A DNA stretch of 64,000 nt from Geosiphon pyriformis uo1. Its lineage: Eukaryota > Fungi > Glomeromycota. The translations under genes and the position numbers were made by a program. Under the pieces are notes generated by a model. That model saw only the letters and a list, made by a program, of their open reading frames with translations. It was not told where the DNA came from and did no database searches. Positions 51,857 through 63,960 of this stretch are shown here, piece after piece (the stretch's first letter is position 1; every line of letters begins with the position of its first letter). The stretch spans positions 124,001 through 188,000 of the forward strand of contig JAAOMT010000067.1 of assembly GCA_016748015.1 (NCBI GenBank). Direction: 5' to 3'.

Positions 51857-54800
51857 TTAATAGGTAGAGATAATTTCTCTCTTATCAATAATTTTTTCTT
51901 CTGTCATATTAACCAGTATGTTTATTCTACTTGTGAATCCAAATCCACTAATCTTCTTAACTGTAATCTCTAATTCTTTTCTATTTTTTACTGATACTAA
52001 CTGAGCTATTTTAACCAGAAGCAGAAATATTGTCTGTGCTATTTTTTTGTTTGGCTCTATGATATAAGTTTTTTCTGAATTATTTTGTAACATTGCAATA
52101 ATATTTTATACATATCTTGTGTCAATTATTCCTTTTCTAATATTAATCTCTTTTTTTACTAAACTATTTCTAGATGCTAATTGAACTATTGTTGTTGCTA
52201 AAATTTTCAGTACTACTTTTAGATTAATACAGATGCATAAATATGGTTCCAATTTGATAGTGTCTTTTTTTGGATATCTCAAATCAAACTCTGCATTAGT
52301 ATTGTGCACATGTTCTGACATAATACTTTTCTCACTATCACTAAAACATTTAGTTCTTGCTTCTTTGCAAGATTAGAAAGTGCAATATATTGTTTGGGGT
52401 TTGAATTGGAGTTTGAATTGTTATTATTATTATTATTGTCATTTTAAATGGAACTAGAACTGTTGTTATTGTTGTTGTTGTCAGAGTTTAAATTAGGATT
52501 GAATGGTAATTCTGATTCTGTTTTGCAGCTGTTGATTGGTTCTTTCTCTTTGGGGATAGTGTAGATTATGTGTGGTGGTAGATTGTAAATGAGATCACAC
52601 TTATTACAATATTAAAAGTCATAGAAAATTAGGCAGTGTTGATAAAATTAAGTGTTCAGTTGTTTTAAATGCTGTTCTTGTTTTTTTTTGGTGGATATTA
52701 GGTTCTATTAATGTTTGTAAAATTGCTTTGGATCATCCTTGATATTATTAAAAACATCAAAAGTAAAAATATATTCAAGTTCAAGAAGAGACAACAGATT
52801 ATTCTTAATTTTCAGTAATTTACTAATCAAAGCACTTTCAACTTTGGCACTTGTCATTTTCCAGATTTTGTGCTCATTATGTGGGTAATCTTTCAGATGT
52901 CTGAGTGCTTATTTCTATGCATTATTAATTGAGATCTTTTTTTGTATCCAGTCATTTATGAGAATTGTGTATTAGCACATTTTATTACATGTTTCTTCTT
53001 GTCCAAGAATGTTATTCTACATTTTTTTGTCTGGCAAAGTTGTTCCACATACCAGGCAAAATTTATTATCTCATTTTTCTTGTTGTTTGGGTTGTCTAAA
53101 GCATTCAAGAATGCATAAGTGGCAGTAGAATTTAGTTGCTGTTGTTTATTCTTTGTCATTATCACAGCATACACTCATTATAAACAATTTCTTATTATAA
53201 TCAACACATATGAGCTTGGGTCAATGATAATTTGTTTAAAGTAGAATAGTGTATGAGATATAAATAGAGATAATAGTCTGAATTTGTTCATTTTTTTTTG
53301 CTTTCCTTTTTCTCTTTTCTTTTCAAATTAAAATTAGTAGTAGCTTATTGTGGTCTTCAGCCCATAAGACTTGGAATGTTTTTCAAGTAGGTTTTTTTTT
53401 TCTTCCAATTTAATTAATGGTACTTGAATAATATGGGTTGGTTTAAAATAATCACATATAGCTGGTATTTAAGTATGCTGACTGTTTTGGCTGAGTTGCA
53501 ATTTTTGGGTGGTCCAGTCAAGCACAGTGTTTGTTTTGAACAGCCAGTTATTACCAACTAAAGCTTGATACTGGGTGACTTCTATTACAAGAACTTTAAT
53601 AAGTATAATAAAGCTATTAACTTCAAAAGGGAAGTTATCTATTTTGCTAATAGAAGTTTTATAACTCTATTAGCTGTAATTATTCTGGTGCTGACAGTGT
53701 AATCAACTAAACAATCTAGCTAGTCCATAAGTTGTTATGTAATTATGTTGTCTATTGAACTATTGTCTAATATTAATTTAATAGAGTGGTCATTAATTTT
53801 GGCATTTATATATATTGCTGTGATAGGCTTTGTGTTAAGAATGACTCTATTAAATAATAATGTGATGGTTGATTCTTTTATTTTGAAGGAAAAAATTGCT
53901 ACAAGAGATTCATTTTTAGTGACAATTGTTGGTGGAATATTGTTGATAAGTGGCTGCTGTTAATTAGGCTCTGAGTTGTGGTGTTGAGTATTTTCTAGAG
54001 TAATTAGGAGATTTAAGTAGTTCTGAGAATTCGGGTTTTAAGTGTACTTAGTTCCTAAATTCTGTGAATGTGATCCTGATACTTGGTTAAAAGAACTGAA
54101 AATTGGTTGATAAACAACTATTGTCAATCTCCAGTTCTGTTAAATAGTTCTCAGCCTTTGATTTCTAGGTAACATCTGAGTTGAAATTAGTGGCAGGTTT
54201 TGAATTTGTTGGGATTGATATATTATTTGCAGCTGTGATTAATAAATAATAAGTGCTAAAGTTTGATAAATTGGAGGTTGTTAAATTGGCTGCTGTGTTA
54301 TTTGTGTGTAATGAATTTGATAGTGATCTTGATTTGAATACTGGTTCGGAGCTTGAAATCAGCAATTAGGATTTTGATATTGATTTCTTAATTGTTGGTT
54401 ATTTATGTATATACAGTAATTAATTTGTAAATAGCTTTGTCTATCACAATAGTGGCAGTTACACGTTTTTGTTTATTATTGTTAATTGGTTGCTGGTAAT
54501 AGATGTAATTGATTTCAGGCCTAATCTTGGTTTTTCTGACTATTGCAACATTGTGGCAGTTGATAAATTGCTTGATTGCTGTTAGCTAAGTACCCTTCAA
54601 TTTTCTGATTGATCAAATTACTGAATTGTTATAGCTTAGAATCCAATTTAAATGATTTGTTCATTACTAGATTTACAGCTTGGATGTGGTTAGCTTTGAA
54701 TTTAGCTGATTCAAAATCTCTGATATAGGTAATAATGGCTTGAAGATCAGCTGAATGTAATAGATGTACACATTGGAAAAGGCTACTGCACAAATCATAG

Positions 54801-55310
54801 ATAAACTAATTTAAAATTTGGGGCTTTGTGAAGTAGGCTGTGTCAATTGCTTAGATTTGATGCAAATTCTAATGAAAACATTCTAGGTAAGTGGTAACTG
54901 CTTTATTATCTCCTTGTTTAATGGTAGTAAAGGCATTGGCTAGGTAATTGATGCTGTTATTATTATTAAAATATCTTAGAAATTTTAGTTTAAATGTATT
55001 AAATATTTGAGGTTTTTTGGGCCAAACTTTAATATTATAAGTTAGTAATATCTTGTAAAAAATATGAAATTGCTTAAAAGACACTGTCATCATTTCAATT
55101 ATTAATCATGATTGCTTTGGTAACATCATTTATCCAGGTTTGAGCATTATCTTCTTCACCAGTAAATTTTTTATGTTTTGCAATTGGAGCAAAGGCTATT
55201 GGTGTGATTAGCAATTGTTGTTAAAGTTGTGGTTATATTTGTGGTTGTGGTGATAGCTGTTAAAGTAGTACAGCAACTGGTGGTGGATCAATTATAATTA
55301 CTGAAGATAG
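51857..55310 (-). pseudogene. dUTPase, Cys-rich module, protease and gag of A'
   Basis: ORFs 51857-52093 and 52106-52321 are dUTPase fragments closely similar to A. Protease ~53450-53850 and capsid ~54600-55200 align to A. Confidence 0.88.
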
Positions 55311-56048
55311 TGTTATGGTTGAAACCCATAGTTTTTATTAGTTATCACATGTACCAGCCACTAATGTTATATAATTAGCCACCCTATTTTTAGATAGTGA
55401 TTGTTGACTTGATTAATGACCTGACTGTTGACCTGATTATTAATCTGATCATTGACCTGATCATTGATCTGATCATTGACCTGATCATTGATCTGATTAT
55501 TAACCTGATCATTGATCTGGTTGTTGACCACTTTAGATAGCTATATAAGTGATGATTCCCTTAGCTGTAGAAAGACATGATCAAAATAATGAAATAAAAC
55601 AACATCAATTACTTTCTCTCATATCGCTTATTTTCCTTTTCTTACCTTCAAGTATCTACTTGTTGGCATTCACATACCTTATCTTTTTCTGTTCTTGATT
55701 TGTATTTGTTAGAATTAGCCTGAGAAGCAATTGGCTTGCTCTTGTAATTCATTGAATAAAGAAACGATTGAAAAGCACAACAATATCTGTTATTGATTTT
55801 AAGAATTGCTGAGTTGAAGCATAGAATAATAGTAACAGTGTTATTTTGTTGACAATCACGGACTATTCCTCTATCTTCAGATTTAAAAAAAGATTAGCAA
55901 CTGTGATTTTTATGAGATTGATCACGCACATTGAATCCTTACTCATTCAATTCACTCCCTTATTGTAATTTTCTCTTTGTTTATTTCCATCACCATATAA
56001 TACTGTTCTCCCTTGCTATCTGTTAGCTTGTTACTCCAACCTATAACA
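55311..56048 (+). repeat. 5' LTR of C
   Basis: tgtta...taaca; 12-bp tandem array ~55400-55530; TATATAA at 55542-55548. Confidence 0.97.
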
Positions 56049-56054
56049 TAAAAG

Positions 56055-56070
56055 TGGTGCTCCCTGTGAG
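56055..56070 (+). other. Primer-binding site of C
   Basis: tggtgctccctgtgag, 6 nt after the LTR end. Confidence 0.85.
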
Positions 56071-56100
56071 ATTGTCAAAATTCACTTATTCCCTTATTGT

Positions 56101-57639
56101 ATGGGTGATTACTTATATCTGCCACAGCAATCAGAAGAACACTTTGCAGCACACAATAGAAACGACCTAGATTTCATTGAACTTAATCCTCTGCTCTCCT
56201 GCTTGATCTGCTTCCCCCTTGAAGAACAATCTAGTAGACAATTCCAAGACTTTTGGAACTGGTTCCTAAACAAGCATTCAACTGAAACCTACACAGCTTA
56301 TACAACCTATTACTTTGACCAAGCTTATTTTGAAAACAACTTTGAAGAAAGAAACAACAGTATCAATCAGCTCTTATATTCTGTAACCTTTGAACAACAG
56401 CCCCCTGATTTCGAATATCTGAATCATCAAATCCACATTTGGATTGCTGCCCATCAAGCAACTGAAACTCCCTTTGAAACAGAAGAAGAAAGCTACCAAA
56501 CTGCCCCTGTTTTTGATCTTTTATCAAGTCAATCAGACTCGTCTACACAAACAGTTATCCCTGAACCAATGGCTAATGACCCTATGCAAGCAAACATTCT
56601 GGCCACCCTCCAAGGTATACAAACTGCTCTAGGAAGAAGAAACAATACTCCACTACCACTATTTAGAGGTAATACACAAGATCCAATTGAATGGTTGGAT
56701 GATTTTGAGAGAGCTGCCACAGCCAACCAATATGATAAAGAATACAAGTTCCAAATCATTGGTGGCTACCTCCAAGGCTTTCCTGCTACCTGGTTCTCAC
56801 AAGAAACAGATGCCAATGCTCAATACAGAATAATCAGATGGACACCAATCAATGCTGGAGAAGAAAATACCTCTTTCACTACCCAATTTGAGGCCAAGTT
56901 CAGAACCCCAATATTAATATCCAAATGGTGCATGGAATTGGAAAGAAAAACCCAAGGCCCTGGAGAAGTAGTGACTAAATATGTCAAGGCTATTAGAAAG
57001 CTAATCAAACATGTAGACTCTGAGAGAAATTGGATGGAAGAGCAGAAAATTCACTCCTTCACAAAAAGATTGAGAACTGATCTATCATATGTTCTTTGGC
57101 CCCTCCTGGCCCTGAAAAATAATCCCACCATGGATATGGCCATTGAATTAGCACAAAAAATTGAAGATAACCAAAGGATGCACTTGGGATCCACACTACC
57201 AGTTTTTGCTCCTGCTCCTGTCATGGCTCCTGCTTTTCAAATGGCTGCTACTTCTTTTGCCACTCACACTCAAGATTCAAATGAACAGTTAATAGACAGA
57301 CTTACAGCAAATCTAGCCCAGTTATTAGAACTCTTAACCCAAGCAGTCAGAGAAAATCAACAACCACAAAGACCCAGATTTGAACTATGCTTCAATCAAT
57401 CCCAGCAACCATCTTATCAAAGACAACAAAATTATGGCCCATCTGTATGCTATCACTGTGGATTAACTGGACACTTTTCAAGAGATTGCAACAATTCTCC
57501 ACTGTCTCCACCAGTTCCCAGAAACAATAATGCCCAGAACAACAGACCCAACAACAACAATGTTTCCAACCAAAGACCCAATCATGCTAACATCAATTTC
57601 TTTGGAGAAGATCCCCTAGTTGAAGCCACTATTTATTAG
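56101..57639 (+). CDS. gag: Gag of C (retrotransposon capsid + CCHC zinc knuckle), 512 aa open
   Basis: FRGNTQDPIEWLDDFERAA capsid signature, QGPGEVVTKY MHR-like segment, CYHCGLTGHFSRDC knuckle. The ancestral stop is possibly 57652-57654. Confidence 0.88.
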   Translation: MGDYLYLPQQSEEHFAAHNRNDLDFIELNPLLSCLICFPLEEQSSRQFQDFWNWFLNKHSTETYTAYTTYYFDQAYFENNFEERNNSINQLLYSVTFEQQPPDFEYLNHQIHIWIAAHQATETPFETEEESYQTAPVFDLLSSQSDSSTQTVIPEPMANDPMQANILATLQGIQTALGRRNNTPLPLFRGNTQDPIEWLDDFERAATANQYDKEYKFQIIGGYLQGFPATWFSQETDANAQYRIIRWTPINAGEENTSFTTQFEAKFRTPILISKWCMELERKTQGPGEVVTKYVKAIRKLIKHVDSERNWMEEQKIHSFTKRLRTDLSYVLWPLLALKNNPTMDMAIELAQKIEDNQRMHLGSTLPVFAPAPVMAPAFQMAATSFATHTQDSNEQLIDRLTANLAQLLELLTQAVRENQQPQRPRFELCFNQSQQPSYQRQQNYGPSVCYHCGLTGHFSRDCNNSPLSPPVPRNNNAQNNRPNNNNVSNQRPNHANINFFGEDPLVEATIY

Positions 57640-57641
57640 CC

Positions 57642-57689
57642 TTTAAACTGGTAGGCGCATCTCCAAAGGGTAAGAGTGCAAGCCAACCA
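57642..57689 (+). promoter_or_regulatory. Putative -1 programmed ribosomal frameshift signal
   Basis: T_TTA_AAC in gag phase, 5-nt spacer, hairpin GGC-GCA-TCT-CC/AAA/GG..AGA.TGC..GCC. Downstream pol is in the -1 frame. Confidence 0.7.
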
Positions 57690-60367
57690 GAAGAAAACCC
57701 CTTTTACACTTTTAACTTAACTGATGATGACCATGACATGGATGAATTAGCAATCAACCTCTCTGAATCCACAAGAAAGAAGAAGAAAGCCAAAGTTGAT
57801 TTCATTATAGATCCCAATAAAGCTTCTACATCAACTGCTGACAACAATGAGCCCCCCAAAACCAAAGTTTTCAAAAACCCTCCAAAGTTGGAACCCCCAG
57901 AAATAATACAAAAATCTGGCCCCTATTCTGTTGTCAAAAACCTCATGGAAACCCCAGCACATATAACCTTTGACCAATTGATGACCCATCCATAATTCAG
58001 AAAAGATCTTTGCAAATCTCTGATTCCAAAGAAAAAGACACCCAAAACCAACAAACGCTCTCACCAAGCTGGACTTGCTGACAATAGCAATGTCACTCTT
58101 CTAATTTGCAAAGCCCAAGTAGCTGGCTACTTTATCAATTTAATCCTAGACAGTGGATCATCTGTTAGTGTTATTGCTAAACACTTTCTTGAAGCAATTG
58201 GCAGAAAAATTGATGAACCATCTACACGACCAATGACCAATGTGCATAGTAATAAAAATAAAGGGCTTGGCATAGCCAAAGCTATTCCTGTCCACATCAA
58301 TGGCATCAGCATTGAAACTGATATGGAAGTATCTGAAGTGAAAGAATACACCATTATTGTTGGCAATAAATGACTCAAGAAAGCAAAAGCTTTGCTTGAT
58401 TATGAACTCTGTGAACTAACCATCAGATGTGGTAAGAAACCCATTGTGGTTAAATGTTGTCATTGGACAACTCCCCCAGTACCCAAGCAGAGCCCAGAAG
58501 AAAATAAATCAGACAAATCTGATGATGAAAAAAGTGAGAAAGAAGAAAAACAAGAAGAACAAAAAAAAACTGCTGAACTCGCCTATACCATCTTTACCAG
58601 CAATGGCAAACCACTAGATAATGTCAAGGCAGATAAAGAAGGAATCATTGTCAATGGCAAGCTGATCTGCTGGCCTTATTATGACATGCTCAGAAGAACC
58701 TTTGACAGAAAGCCAGGCAAGAAAACCAAATACAGTTATTAGTAGCATGGTGCTTGTGCCCAGTGCTGGTGCGACAAACCATTGTATTCTCCTAGTGATG
58801 AATGCATGTCCTGCCTGATCTATTACAAAGATTGGGAACCAATCAGCTTGATATCCTGAGAAATAATAAAAGAAGTCCAAAAGTCCCTTGAAAATGAACC
58901 ACCTGAAATCCAATCACTGGTTGTAGAACAAAGAGAACTCTCTCCAGAAGAAAAAAAAATAGACATTGAAAACCTGCTGGCTAGAAACAGCCCAGTTATC
59001 TCAAAAGAAGGTGAACCTTCTGAACGTACACATGTGATACAACACACCATCATTACCAGAGAAACTTGCCTCATCTATTTGAAGTCCTATCAATCCAACC
59101 GGCACAATGACGAGTTTATCAAAAAGGAAATAACCCAAATGAAAAACCTTGAATTTATATAGGAAACCAAGAATGAATGGGCATTCCCAGTTGTAGTGGT
59201 ATCCAAAAAAAGAGGAACCTTACACTTTTGTGTTGACTATTGCCAATTAAATGCCATTACTGAAAGAGACATGTACCCATTTCCCAAGATTGATGCAATG
59301 CTAGACCAATTCCATGGTGCTGCTTTCTTCTCAACTATTGACTTAACTGCTGAATTCTGGCAAGTAGAAATGGATCCAAAAAGTAAAAAGAAAACTGCCT
59401 TCATCACTAAGTATGGCACCTACGAATTTACAGTCATGTCTTTGGTCTCACAAATGCTCCTCTCATCTTTCAATGCTTAATGGACAAAGTATTTGAATCA
59501 GTAAAAGAAAACTTTGTTCTAGTCTACTTGGACAACATAATGGTATACTCAAAAACCTGGGATGAACACCTTGAATATTTGCAAAAGATTTTTGACCTCC
59601 TTAGAAATGCTGGCCTCAAGATCAATCCAATCAAATCATTCTTTGGACGTCAATCCACCCAGTTCCTTGGCCATCTTATTACAAAAGATGGAATCTTCCC
59701 TGATCCAGCCAAAATTGAAAAAGTTCAAAACATTAGACAACCAATAAATGTTCATGAACTATGCTCTTTTCTTAGTTTGGCCTCTTATTATTGCAAGTTT
59801 GTTAAGAATTTCTCCAAAATCACCACTCCTCTCAATCAGCTACTCAGAAAAAACATCAATTATTACTGGGGCACTTATCAACAAAAAGCATTTGAAATTC
59901 TGAAAAAAAAACTGGTTACAGAACTCATTCTTATGCAACCTAATCTGAATCAATCTTTTATTCTCCATATTGATGCATCTGGCTATGGACTTGGTGCTGT
60001 TCTTTTTCAGAAAGACAAAGATGGCAGGGAACATGCCGTAGCATATGTCAGTAGAACTCTCACACCAGCAGAAAGAAACTACTCAGTTACTGAGCAAGAA
60101 TGCTTAGCAGTAGTTTGGGCTACCAGCTACTGGGACAAATATCTTAAGGGTGTGAAATTTTTGGTGGTAACAGATTACCAAGCTTTGGTTTGGCTACACA
60201 ACAAAAGAAACCTGGAACATAAATGAATAACTCACTGGATACTCCACTTGGATGAATTCAACTATAACATTCAATACCACAAAGAAGCTAATCATCAAAA
60301 TGCTGACACTTTCTCCAGACTTTACCATCCAGTGATAGTAAAACCCTTTCAAACCAAACCAACTTAA
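57642..60367 (+). pseudogene. Pol of C (protease, small Cys cluster, RT, RNase H; no dUTPase)
   Basis: LILDSGSS at ~58140; FCVDY..LN, FWQV, YLDN, IDASGYGLGAVL, ERNYSVTEQECLAVVWA. Confidence 0.93.
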
Positions 60368-60400
60368 TTATTTGTAACTCCTCTACAAACAAACATAATA

Positions 60401-61714
60401 ATAGACTTGAACAACTACTCTGCCTTAATGGAATTTTTGGGTAAAGAACAATACCTGCCAGACTATACTTGACAGCAAAGAGAACATTTGTGTAAACAAT
60501 TAAATTTCTATTTGATTTGCCAGAACCAGTTATATAAAAGAAATAAAAAAGATTTTGACCACCCCCAGAGAGTCATCAGATTTAAAGAAAAAAAAATTGT
60601 GATCTACAATATGTACACTGATCCATTAGCTGGACACTTTGGAAAAACAAAAACAATCCAGAAAACTTTAGCTCACTATTACTGGCCTACCTTGGGAAAA
60701 GACATTGCTGAATACATTAAAACTTGTGATACCTGCCAAAAAAGAGGAAAACCCAATCGCAAGGAAGATATCCATCTGATCTCTGTTGGTCAATCATTTA
60801 ACAGAATTGGTATAGATGTTGTTAGACCTTTAACAGTAACTTCTAATGGCAACAGATACATTATCACAGCTACCAACTATCTTACAAAGTGGGTAGAAGC
60901 AAGAGCCATCCCAGATCAAACAACAGTCTCAATTGCCAATTTCATTTATGAAGATATTATCTGTCGCCATGGCTGCCCCAAAAAACTTTTATCTGATAGA
61001 GGAAGAGCTTTTTTTAGTACACTGGTTAAAGAACTTTGCAGAAAAATGGGAATATGTCATAAACTCTTTTCCTCTTATTACCCCCAAACAAATGGCCTAG
61101 TGGAACATTTCAATAGAACACTATGTGAAACCCTAGCCAAAACCAGTGAAGAAACCAACCTATGGGACAAAGTATTGCCTTCAGCCTTGTTCGCCTACAG
61201 AACTGTGAATCATGACATAACAAGTTATGAACCCTTTTATCTATTCTATGGACGAATGGCAACTCTACCAATAGAAACGGATATAGAAACAATACCTTTT
61301 GAAGAAATAACAATAGGAAATTACAAGGACATTCTGCAAAGAAGACTTGGTACCATTCTTGACTCATTGGTAGAAGCACGGATAATTGCCTTTGAAAAGA
61401 TAAAACAGTTCCAAGAGAAGCTCAAAAAGAAAAAGACTTATAAAACACTTTCTTTAAGTGTTGGTGACTTAGTTTTGAAATACTGTTTAGACAGAGACAA
61501 TGTCTATGGTAATAAATTCTCTAGCCACTGGAAAGGACTTTTTATAGTCAACAAAGTTTTGAACAATGGTTCATATATCCTACAAGATTAATATGGAACA
61601 ATATTCAGTAATTACCCTGTTCATGGCATGCAACTCAAGAAATATCACAAACGACCTGATTGGTTACCTGTTGTGATAATACCAACCCAAATAATCAGCA
61701 AAAATCAGATATAA
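60401..61714 (+). pseudogene. Integrase of C
   Basis: ORF 60488-61591: GHFG..YYWP..CDTC, IGID, SDRG, QTNGLVE (DDE). Continues past one stop to WLPVVII...QI*. Confidence 0.93.
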
Positions 61715-61755
61715 ATAAATGCACCATTCTCAAAACAGAGGTATCTTCAATTGAC

Positions 61756-62412
61756 ATGAACAATTATTTTCTGGATCAAAACATTCAAAACACTTTCTAT
61801 ACTCTCCATGAATACTGGATCAAAAATTATCCAAATGCTATTCTGACTATTGGAAAACAAACCATCATAACTGATAATGGTAAAACACATACTGTTATTA
61901 GACCAAAGAAAACCACTACCAGAAGAGAAAGAATTGGTAGCAAAATAGATAAGTATTTACTGAAAAGCATAACAGCAGCAATACTTACATCTTCCATGAC
62001 AATTGGAAAAACGATTAAGGAAATCTTGCCCATAGACAAAAACTTGTTATATGGAAGGCAACTAGAACTCTATGGTTATTTTGGTGAAATCATAGAAGAA
62101 ATGAAGCTCATGAAGAAAACAACTTCAGAGATACAAGTGAAAATTTTGGGCATTATACGTTTAAATGTCCCAAGAGTTTTGACCATTGCAAAAAGAGCCA
62201 AAACTCTTATACAAAGATTTGGTCTCTTGGATACAAAGCTTATTTTGCCTCAAGTACTATATACTTTATCCACAAAAAACTTCAACAAACTAGTTAGTTT
62301 TGAGTTAGACAAAACCCTTCACGTAGACTATCCCATAAATAGCTTGATTTCACCGGAGCTTAATCTCTTTGGAGAAGATGATGTTACAGTTGAAACCCAT
62401 AGTTTTTATTAG
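61756..62412 (+). CDS. Accessory ORF3 of C (unknown function, open)
   Basis: Open frame from ATG 61756. Motifs QNIQNTF, LYGYFGE, IAKRAKTL, LYTLSTKNFNKL align weakly with ORF3 of A and B. Ends inside the 3' LTR. Confidence 0.72.
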   Translation: MNNYFLDQNIQNTFYTLHEYWIKNYPNAILTIGKQTIITDNGKTHTVIRPKKTTTRRERIGSKIDKYLLKSITAAILTSSMTIGKTIKEILPIDKNLLYGRQLELYGYFGEIIEEMKLMKKTTSEIQVKILGIIRLNVPRVLTIAKRAKTLIQRFGLLDTKLILPQVLYTLSTKNFNKLVSFELDKTLHVDYPINSLISPELNLFGEDDVTVETHSFY

Positions 62413-63107
62413 TTATTACATGTACTAGCCACTGATGTCATATAATTAGCCACCCTATTTTTAGATAGTAATCATTGACCTGATCAATGATCTGACCATT
62501 GACCTGATCATTGACCTGATCATTGACCTGATCATTGACCTGATCATTGACCTAATCATTGACCTGATTGTTGATCTGGTTGTTGATCACTTTAGATAGC
62601 TATATAAGCGATGATTCCCTTAACTGTAGAAAGACATGATCAAAGTAACGAAATAAAACAACATCAATTACTTCCTCTCATATCGCTTATTTCTCTTTCC
62701 TTACCTTCAAGTATCTACTTGTTGGCATTCACATACCTTATCTTTTCCCCTTCTTGATTTGTATTTGTTAGAATTAGCCTGAGAAGCAATTGGCTTGCTC
62801 TTGTAATTCATTGAATAAAGAAATGATTAAAAAGCACAACAATATCTGTTATTGATTCTAAGAATCACTGAGTTGAAGCATAGAATAATAGCAGCAGTGT
62901 TATCTTGTTGACAATCATGGACTATTTCTCTACCTTCAGATTTAAGAAAAGATTAGCGACTGTAATTTTTATGAAACTGATCACACACATTGAATCCTTA
63001 CTTATTCAATTTACTCCCTTATTGTAATTCCCTCTTTGTTTATTTTCATCACCATACAATACTGTTCTTCCTTGCTATCCGTTAGCTTGTTACTCCAACC
63101 TGTAACA
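62382..63107 (+). repeat. 3' LTR of C
   Basis: Direct repeat of 55311-56048, preceded by PPT tttggagaagatga. Confidence 0.97.
62470..62590 (+). repeat. 12-bp tandem array (ATTGACCTGATC)n in U3 of C
   Basis: About ten units directly upstream of TATATAA (62601-62607). Confidence 0.9.
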
Positions 63108-63960
63108 ATAAGTTTTGCTAATTAATAGTCACAGAGTTTGGATTGTTCTAATTTGGCTAAATTAGAACAATTAGAGTTTCAAATTCTGGGTTTTCTGAGA
63201 TTAGGTTTTTATACTTAAATTCCTGATTTTCATCTTTTTTTTCTAATTTTATAATCTCCCAAGGACTGGCAGTTTCGAAATTTGGTTGAGGTGGCAGTAA
63301 TTGAAATTCTGATGGCATTGGTAATTACAAATTAAATTCTTCAAAATAATCATTATAAGTTTCCAATAATTTTGCTTTTTTTTGTTTACTTTAAAATAGA
63401 AATTGGGCTGATGCTGTTTTTGCATTTGATATGGATGTGCCTGTTGATAAGATGTTGATAGCACTTTCAAGTGTATAGTGGTAAGATGGATTGGTTGATA
63501 ATTCAATTCTTGTTTTCTTCCAAGTAAGTGGTTGTATTCTCTAAAATATTACTGCTGGTGTTTGTAGTTTTCTTTTGTCCTTGTTTGTATAAGTGATTAG
63601 ATATTTTTGTTGAGTGTGATTTTTAATTTTTTAGTTAATTTTAGTGATAATTAATGCGAAATTATGAGTTATTGGTAGGCTGGTGTTTTGAATTAATTTG
63701 TTGTAAAAATTTTCTCTTGTTAATTCAATGTCTACTAGTGCTTCTAAAAAATATGAAATTCTTTCATTAATGTAGAAATTAAAGGCTAATTCTGTTAATA
63801 AATAGTTGCTGGTTAATTCTAAGTGTTAACAGTAGTTTTGGAATAAGAATTTGGTGAATTCTAAATAGTTTGTCTCTATTTTTTTTGATTCTGCCACTTT
63901 TAAATGGTGGTTTGTTGGTGCTGGTTCTCTGTAGGATTATATTTCACAGGAAGCACCAAA

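Larger units (their letters stand above)
55311..63107 (+). mobile_element. Complete Ty3/Gypsy-like LTR retrotransposon C (7.8 kb) nested in gag of A'
   Basis: LTRs 55311-56048 and 62382-63107. TSD atag/ataa. PBS 56055-56070. PPT ~62368-62381. Order gag, PR-RT-RH, IN, ORF3. Confidence 0.97.

Noticed and set aside
60362-60403. Separate integrase ORF in family C
   Set aside because: RH and IN are in the same frame with one TAA that could be a decayed CAA; not counted as evidence.
62470-62590. CRISPR-like array
   Set aside because: These are contiguous 12-bp tandem units without unique spacers, inside an LTR; no cas genes; eukaryotic context.
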